The translations under genes and the position numbers were made by a program. The notes below the pieces were generated by a model, which saw nothing but the letters and a program-made list of their open reading frames with translations, did not search any database and had not been told where the DNA came from. Of a stretch of DNA of 64,000 nt, positions 62,791 through 64,000 are shown piece by piece; position 1 is the stretch's first letter; each line of letters opens with the position of its first letter. Source of the DNA: Hyaloraphidium curvatum SAG 235-1 (Eukaryota > Fungi > Monoblepharomycota); contig JAIVFI010000003.1 of the NCBI GenBank assembly GCA_025558095.1, forward strand, positions 558,001-622,000. Direction: 5' to 3'.

Positions 62791-64000
62791 ATGAGCAAGG
62801 CCAGCACGCGCCAATGGCAGTCCGTGAAATACTCCAGATGTCGGGACGGCGGCACTTGGGTGCATCTGGAGCAGGAGATCGGCGTTCGTTTGGACGGAAG
62901 GCAGCTGTTGGTGGAAACGGACAAGGACGGAGGAAACCTCGAAAACCTGGCCCTGGATGCCAAGTCTCTCGGCAAATCCCAGCTAAAGGGTCTGCGAAAA
63001 GGCGCTGCGATCGGCTTTAGGTACGAAGAGAAGGTTCGGCGAGCACACGGTGGCGATCGGGACGCGCGGCGACGTGATCTTCCCACCGCAGGACAAGACG
63101 CGGAAGTTCCAGCTCAAGTTCTCTACCGAAACTTTTGCTACCGCCTTTCAAAGTGCCGTCGGTCAGTTCGTATCCATTCGGGACATAGCGGAGCAGCAGG
63201 ACGGCCAGCGGCAGAACGGACCAAGCGCGGAGAAGAAGCCCGAGGCGACGCAAAAGGCCGAGCAGAACGGCAAGGCGCCGCCGCAGGCTATCCGCCAGAG
63301 CTCTCTTCGAGCCGGATCTGCGTACATGTCGCTCGCACAGCCCTCGTTCGTGTTGTCGCAGCCGTTTCAAAGCGCATTCGTCCCTGCCTGCCAGCCCACA
63401 GCAAGCCACCCGCAAGACGACAGCCGATCTGACAGCGTTGGAAGCACCAGATTCTCCCAATCGCAGATTCAGCACATGCCGTCGCCGGTCGCTGGCCAAG
63501 CTTTGCCCATGATTCTGGGCCAGACCCCGACGGAGCAGCCGTGGTCGCAGCCGATCTACTTCAATGCTCCTCAGAATGTCGAGTACATGTCCCAGCAGCC
63601 CCAGATGGTCCTGGTGCCCTCGAGCCCAGCTCTCCATCACGACAACAAGATCGTGACGACACCCGTGCGATCGACGCCCATGCATGGCCACATGATGCAA
63701 GGAGGGCAGATCTTCCAAACACCAACCTCGGCGTACCGCGTCGGGAACGAAGTCTTCTTTGCGTCGCAGGCGTCGCCACTGTTGCAGCGCACGGGGCCCC
63801 CGCTCGTCATGCAACATCCGAGTCCTTTGGTTGCATCACAGGCGGTGCAGGATGGCATGTCTCAAGCGCAGGACTCTGGCCCCTCGCAGCTGGCCGCGGA
63901 TGCGGCGATACCGATGAGCCAGAAGAGACACATCGAAGACGACCCAATGAAGGCCGCACTGCCCGGCGAACCGATCTCAGAGAGCGCACGGAAACGGCCC
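62791..64000 (+). CDS. Rec114-like meiotic DSB factor (PH-fold N-terminus), runs off the right edge
   Basis: WQSVKYS..WVH, LE, IGFRY|..RKFQLKF match Rec114 signature motifs, followed by a disordered S/Q/P-rich region. Confidence 0.6.

Overview
Gene-dense, GC-rich eukaryotic DNA with many short (about 40-70 nt) spliceosomal introns. Gene content (MGM101, MIP1, Pho4-like, Pho80-like, SOK1-like) suggests a fungus, probably an early-diverging lineage (Monoblepharidomycota-like is an inference only). About 33 protein genes are recognisable, mostly housekeeping genes in tight head-to-head pairs. Main points: (1) a selenoprotein K gene whose in-frame UGA is followed by GR-stop, with a canonical form-II SECIS and an SRE-like hairpin, and which the ORF track truncates; (2) an intronless Cys-less pentameric ligand-gated ion channel (GLIC/ELIC-like), a family generally regarded as absent from fungi; (3) a ~6.2-kb orphan insert lying between a truncated and an intact, diverged copy of the PRA1/YIP3 5' end; (4) a 205-bp exact duplication flanked by 10-bp direct repeats; (5) MIP1 and MGM101 head-to-head, two SKL-ending bacterial-like enzymes, and meiosis/centriole genes. 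Gene boundaries were spliced by eye and are approximate.
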